From: Candidatus Bathyarchaeota archaeon
GTDB lineage: Archaea > Thermoproteota > Bathyarchaeia > Bathyarchaeales > Bathycorpusculaceae
NCBI GenBank assembly: GCA_963782525.1
Contig: CAWAKC010000001.1
Location: 128,001-192,000, forward strand
Direction of reading: 5' to 3'
Length of the DNA: 64,000 bases
Shown here: in pieces, positions 60,837-64,000 of the stretch
Position numbering within the stretch: position 1 is the stretch's first letter
Layout: every line of letters starts with the position of its first letter
Program-made: the position numbers and the translations under genes
The notes under the pieces: model-generated
What the model was told of the DNA's origin: nothing
The model's database searches: none
What the model saw: the letters and a program-made list of their open reading frames with translations, nothing else

Positions 60837-61874
60837 TTGACCTCTGGTTTCATGAAAACGGCATCAGTAGCGGCACGTTCACTTACTTCTGGCAAACCTC
60901 ATCATGCACAATGGCTAGTCACCAGAAAATGTAACTACAAATGCCGCGGCTGCAACGTTTGGAAAGAACAAGACCAACATGAACTGACAGCCGAGGAAAT
61001 AAAGAAAGGCTTTGATATTCTGAAAAAACTCGGCATTGTCGAGCTAGTAATTTCAGGTGGAGATCCGCTGCTCCGAGAGGACATCGGCGAAATAATTGAT
61101 TATGCGTCAAAATTGTTTGTTACAACTGTCTATGATAACGGTAGTTTGGCTGAGAAAAAAATCGATCTTCTGCGGAAAGCTGATTTTGTTGCAATTTCCA
61201 TAGATAGCCTTGACGAAGCTAAGCATGATTACCTAAAAAATGTTGCTGGTGCGTGGAAAGAGGGTACTCAAGCCGTAGAAGCCCTTCATAAAGAAGGAAT
61301 AAAAGTCAGTGTTACCCCCACGATTTCCCAGAGGAACCTCAACGAAATCATAGAACTAACTAATTATTATACTACCAAAGGAATCCCAGTTTGGTATTGC
61401 CTCTACTCCTACGATACTTCGATAGATAGGAAACAGTTGTTTAGGATTGGCAAAGAAAACGACGATTTAGTGATAACGGATAAGCAAGCGATTGTTAACT
61501 TATGCAATCAGCTTATTGAGATGAAGAAGAAAAACAGGAAAATACTCATGACGGATAAACTGCTTCTGGCGATGCGGAGTCTGCATGAGGAAAATAGCAA
61601 AAGAACTTGGAAATGCCAGGCGCTAAATCAATTTCTAGTAGTTGACCACTTGGGAAGAGTTGCAGGCTGCCACAGCCACAATTTTGCCGGGTCAATCTTT
61701 GATTTACCAAAAAAATGGAAAAGCCCAGAATTCAAAAAACTACGAGAGTCCTACCATGAATGTACTCAATGTAACTATCTCTGCTACGTGTTCTATTCAC
61801 TACACGGAAGCCCCAGCGGTCACATATCGCTAGCAAAAGACCAATGGAAAAACGCAAAGTTACTATTCAAATAA
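60837..61874 (+). CDS. Radical SAM protein with SPASM/Twitch-like C-terminus
   Basis: CNYKCRGC, SGGDPLLR, ISIDS, C...G.V.GC, CTQC...C. Confidence 0.88.
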   Translation: MTSGFMKTASVAARSLTSGKPHHAQWLVTRKCNYKCRGCNVWKEQDQHELTAEEIKKGFDILKKLGIVELVISGGDPLLREDIGEIIDYASKLFVTTVYDNGSLAEKKIDLLRKADFVAISIDSLDEAKHDYLKNVAGAWKEGTQAVEALHKEGIKVSVTPTISQRNLNEIIELTNYYTTKGIPVWYCLYSYDTSIDRKQLFRIGKENDDLVITDKQAIVNLCNQLIEMKKKNRKILMTDKLLLAMRSLHEENSKRTWKCQALNQFLVVDHLGRVAGCHSHNFAGSIFDLPKKWKSPEFKKLRESYHECTQCNYLCYVFYSLHGSPSGHISLAKDQWKNAKLLFK

Positions 61875-62150
61875 ACTTAGGCTTCCACATTCTTAACGCC
61901 ACATATCTTACTCTTCAATGACCGAAGGGTATTCTATTTTTGATTCGTTTTCGATGTTGACTAAAGTTTTTTTGGCACTTAAAAAATTTTTGTTCAAAGC
62001 ATCAGAACAGAGAACGATGGTTTCAACCAAGAGAATTGACACTATTCGGTTTAAAGTCTTCACCTCTATGTCCCTTCCTGAAAGATTCTGCTTTAAAAGG
62101 GGTAGTTTTGAAGTTTTAAGCACAATGGAACTAAGGTATGGAAGCAAGTT

Positions 62151-62780
62151 CTATTTGCCCACCTGGTCCTGGAGAGCCACATTGTCGATTACTCTGCATA
62201 GAACCGCAAAAACTTCAGCCGCACTCAAGTTATCAGTATCTAAAACGAAATCAAACGGCTTGTAATCCTCACCTAAAACAAACCCATACAGCGCCTTGTA
62301 GATGGCTTTAGTATGAGCTTCTTTTTCTTTGAGCACCTCAAGTGCTTCTGCAACACTCATGTTATCTCGGTCAGCAACTCTTGCCGCCCTTTTCTCGAAT
62401 GATGCTTCAAGCCAAATTTTGAAACCATCCGTCAACAGCCAAGGCATCGTCCAGCTATCCAAGAGAACATTTCCTTGCTGGGCGCATTCTAATAGCTTGT
62501 CGTCGACTTCCTTGTCAAATTTTGTGTCACTGACTCTTTTGTTGAGAAATTTTAATCCCTCTGGACTTTCCCACCATCCCCGAACCGAAACGTCATAACC
62601 TTCTTTCTTTGCCAATTCCTTCAAAACATCGCCGCCAGAGAAGTATCTCAGATGGTATTTTTCAGCGAGTTTCTTTGACAACGTGCTCTTGCCGGTTCCA
62701 GCCATTCCAGATATGCAAATTACTGTTTTTTGGGGGGCTACGCAGTTTTTTTGTTGTTTGGCCATTTGGCGTTCACTCAT
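62151..62780 (-). CDS. cmk: Cytidylate kinase (archaeal type)
   Basis: ISGMAGTGKST, SGG, DKEVD, IWLEAS...RA.R, LDT. Confidence 0.88.
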   Translation of the reverse strand: MSERQMAKQQKNCVAPQKTVICISGMAGTGKSTLSKKLAEKYHLRYFSGGDVLKELAKKEGYDVSVRGWWESPEGLKFLNKRVSDTKFDKEVDDKLLECAQQGNVLLDSWTMPWLLTDGFKIWLEASFEKRAARVADRDNMSVAEALEVLKEKEAHTKAIYKALYGFVLGEDYKPFDFVLDTDNLSAAEVFAVLCRVIDNVALQDQVGK

Positions 62781-62786
62781 TTTTGT

Positions 62787-63314
62787 TTAGACTGCGCCTT
62801 GTTCGATTGGCATTATGCCTATTATGCGTGAGGATAGAAGTCCGAAGAACAGTGAACATATTGGGTACCAGTAGAACACTGGGATTGCATTGGGAGACAC
62901 AACTGTTACTCCATTAACTATGTGATGAGCATTTGCAATCGTGCCAATACCAGGTATGAAAGCCATCTGAGTACTTCCAAACACAGGTGTTAATACTAAG
63001 AACCAAACTATAAGATAGACAAAGGATATTCCGAATTGAACCATTTGAGGCTTCATCATTTTCGCTTGCATATTTTTGATTTGCGAATCTTTCTTTTTTA
63101 GTTTTTCTACCTGTTTTTTATCGTTAGCACGCATAGCCGCCATTGTTTCTGAGCGGTACTCCGCCATTTCTTTCTGCATAACGCGGTATTGTTCCCAACC
63201 TACGAAGTAGTTAATTAAAACTCTGTTGATTCCAGAGTTTAAGAAAGCAATTCCAGCTGCAATAGCCATTATGATTAATGTTGCCAGAGGCAACGAAGTA
63301 ACTACTTCAGACAT
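62787..63314 (-). CDS. DUF106 / EMC3-TMCO1 (Oxa1 superfamily) membrane protein
   Basis: TM, coiled coil, MMKPQM, WYPICS; located downstream of secY. Confidence 0.88.
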   Translation of the reverse strand: MSEVVTSLPLATLIIMAIAAGIAFLNSGINRVLINYFVGWEQYRVMQKEMAEYRSETMAAMRANDKKQVEKLKKKDSQIKNMQAKMMKPQMVQFGISFVYLIVWFLVLTPVFGSTQMAFIPGIGTIANAHHIVNGVTVVSPNAIPVFYWYPICSLFFGLLSSRIIGIMPIEQGAV

Positions 63315-63519
63315 GATGTTTTTCCTCTTGCCACTTTAAGTCTATGCCTACATGTTTCTTGTTAATAACCATTTTCACTTCTTTAGGCATTAAACTGGTA
63401 CATGAAACCGAATTTTTAATCGAAGAAAAAGTTGACCGGCCCTATTTTTGAACTCGAACCAGTAACTAAAAAAATAAAGTCGGGTATTTCCCAACGTTTT
63501 TTTTCCTGCGACGTTTAGG

Positions 63520-64000
63520 CTATTCGCCCAATATTCTTCTAAACGCTGGGAACATTTCTGCTGCGCGTTCACGCATCAGTAACTCGTAGTACTGGTAGAT
63601 GATGCCTACTGACAGCAAGATACCTGTGCCTGAACCGAAGGCACCTAGGAAGTCGGATACTCCAGCCACAAGCCCAACGATTATACCTCCTAACACCGTA
63701 ACTACTGGAATGTAGCGTTTTAGGATGGCTTCGATAGGTCTTCCTGAGCGTCGATAGCCTGGAATTTGCATGCCACTGTCCATGAGTTGTTTAGCGACTT
63801 TTGAGGGTCCTAAACCGCCTACTTCAAGCCAAATCAATGAAAAGACGGCACAGAAGGCTATGATTATGCCTAGGTAAGCGAAAGCTTGTATGGGTGCTTG
63901 TATGACGCCCTGAATGTTGCGGGGGGCAGTCACGTAGTATGCCAAGCCGCCTACTGGTGTAACGCTTGTGCCGTTGCTTGAGGTTGTTTGGTTGAAGTCG
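63520..64000 (-). CDS. secY: Preprotein translocase SecY, C-terminal part (runs off the window)
   Basis: GLAYY, QIPGYRRS, LKRYIP, GSGTGILLSVGI. Confidence 0.95.
   Translation of the reverse strand, partial: DFNQTTSSNGTSVTPVGGLAYYVTAPRNIQGVIQAPIQAFAYLGIIIAFCAVFSLIWLEVGGLGPSKVAKQLMDSGMQIPGYRRSGRPIEAILKRYIPVVTVLGGIIVGLVAGVSDFLGAFGSGTGILLSVGIIYQYYELLMRERAAEMFPAFRRILGE

Overview
Archaeal chromosomal DNA, most likely TACK/Bathyarchaeia (inferred from TBP, Spt5, SecE/SecY, DTD2, archaeal L1/L10/L11, a Cren7-like chromatin protein, and a tRNA-Leu with a BHB intron). Left to right: a glycosylation/EPS cluster that is heavily frameshifted in the first ~5 kb; a GT2 synthase plus a DUF3131 gene; a complete NHEJ locus (LigD-POL, Ku, a LIG-PE fusion, DUF72, MBL hydrolase); a six-gene Ehr/Hyf-like membrane complex; tRNA-Leu(UAA); Lhr helicase, Cren7-like protein, TBP and pyrE; a scrambled terminase relic; a divergent LarA homolog; an mgsA pseudogene; the L10-L1-L11-spt5-secE-dtd2 cluster; vapBC; argF; ilvC; arsB-like; SDR; MoeB/ThiF; a LigB-type ligase; an inactive RadA paralog; and cmk-DUF106-secY. 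The most notable signals are: (1) a half-site / full 63-bp palindrome / half-site arrangement at 49.47, 50.19 and 50.97 kb that brackets two ~0.76-kb single-gene units, like a recombinase-built cassette array; (2) an Ehr complex whose small subunit has lost all four canonical Fe-S cysteines; (3) an archaeal NHEJ operon with an unusual LIG-PE domain order. All calls come from reading motifs by eye; no database search was run.
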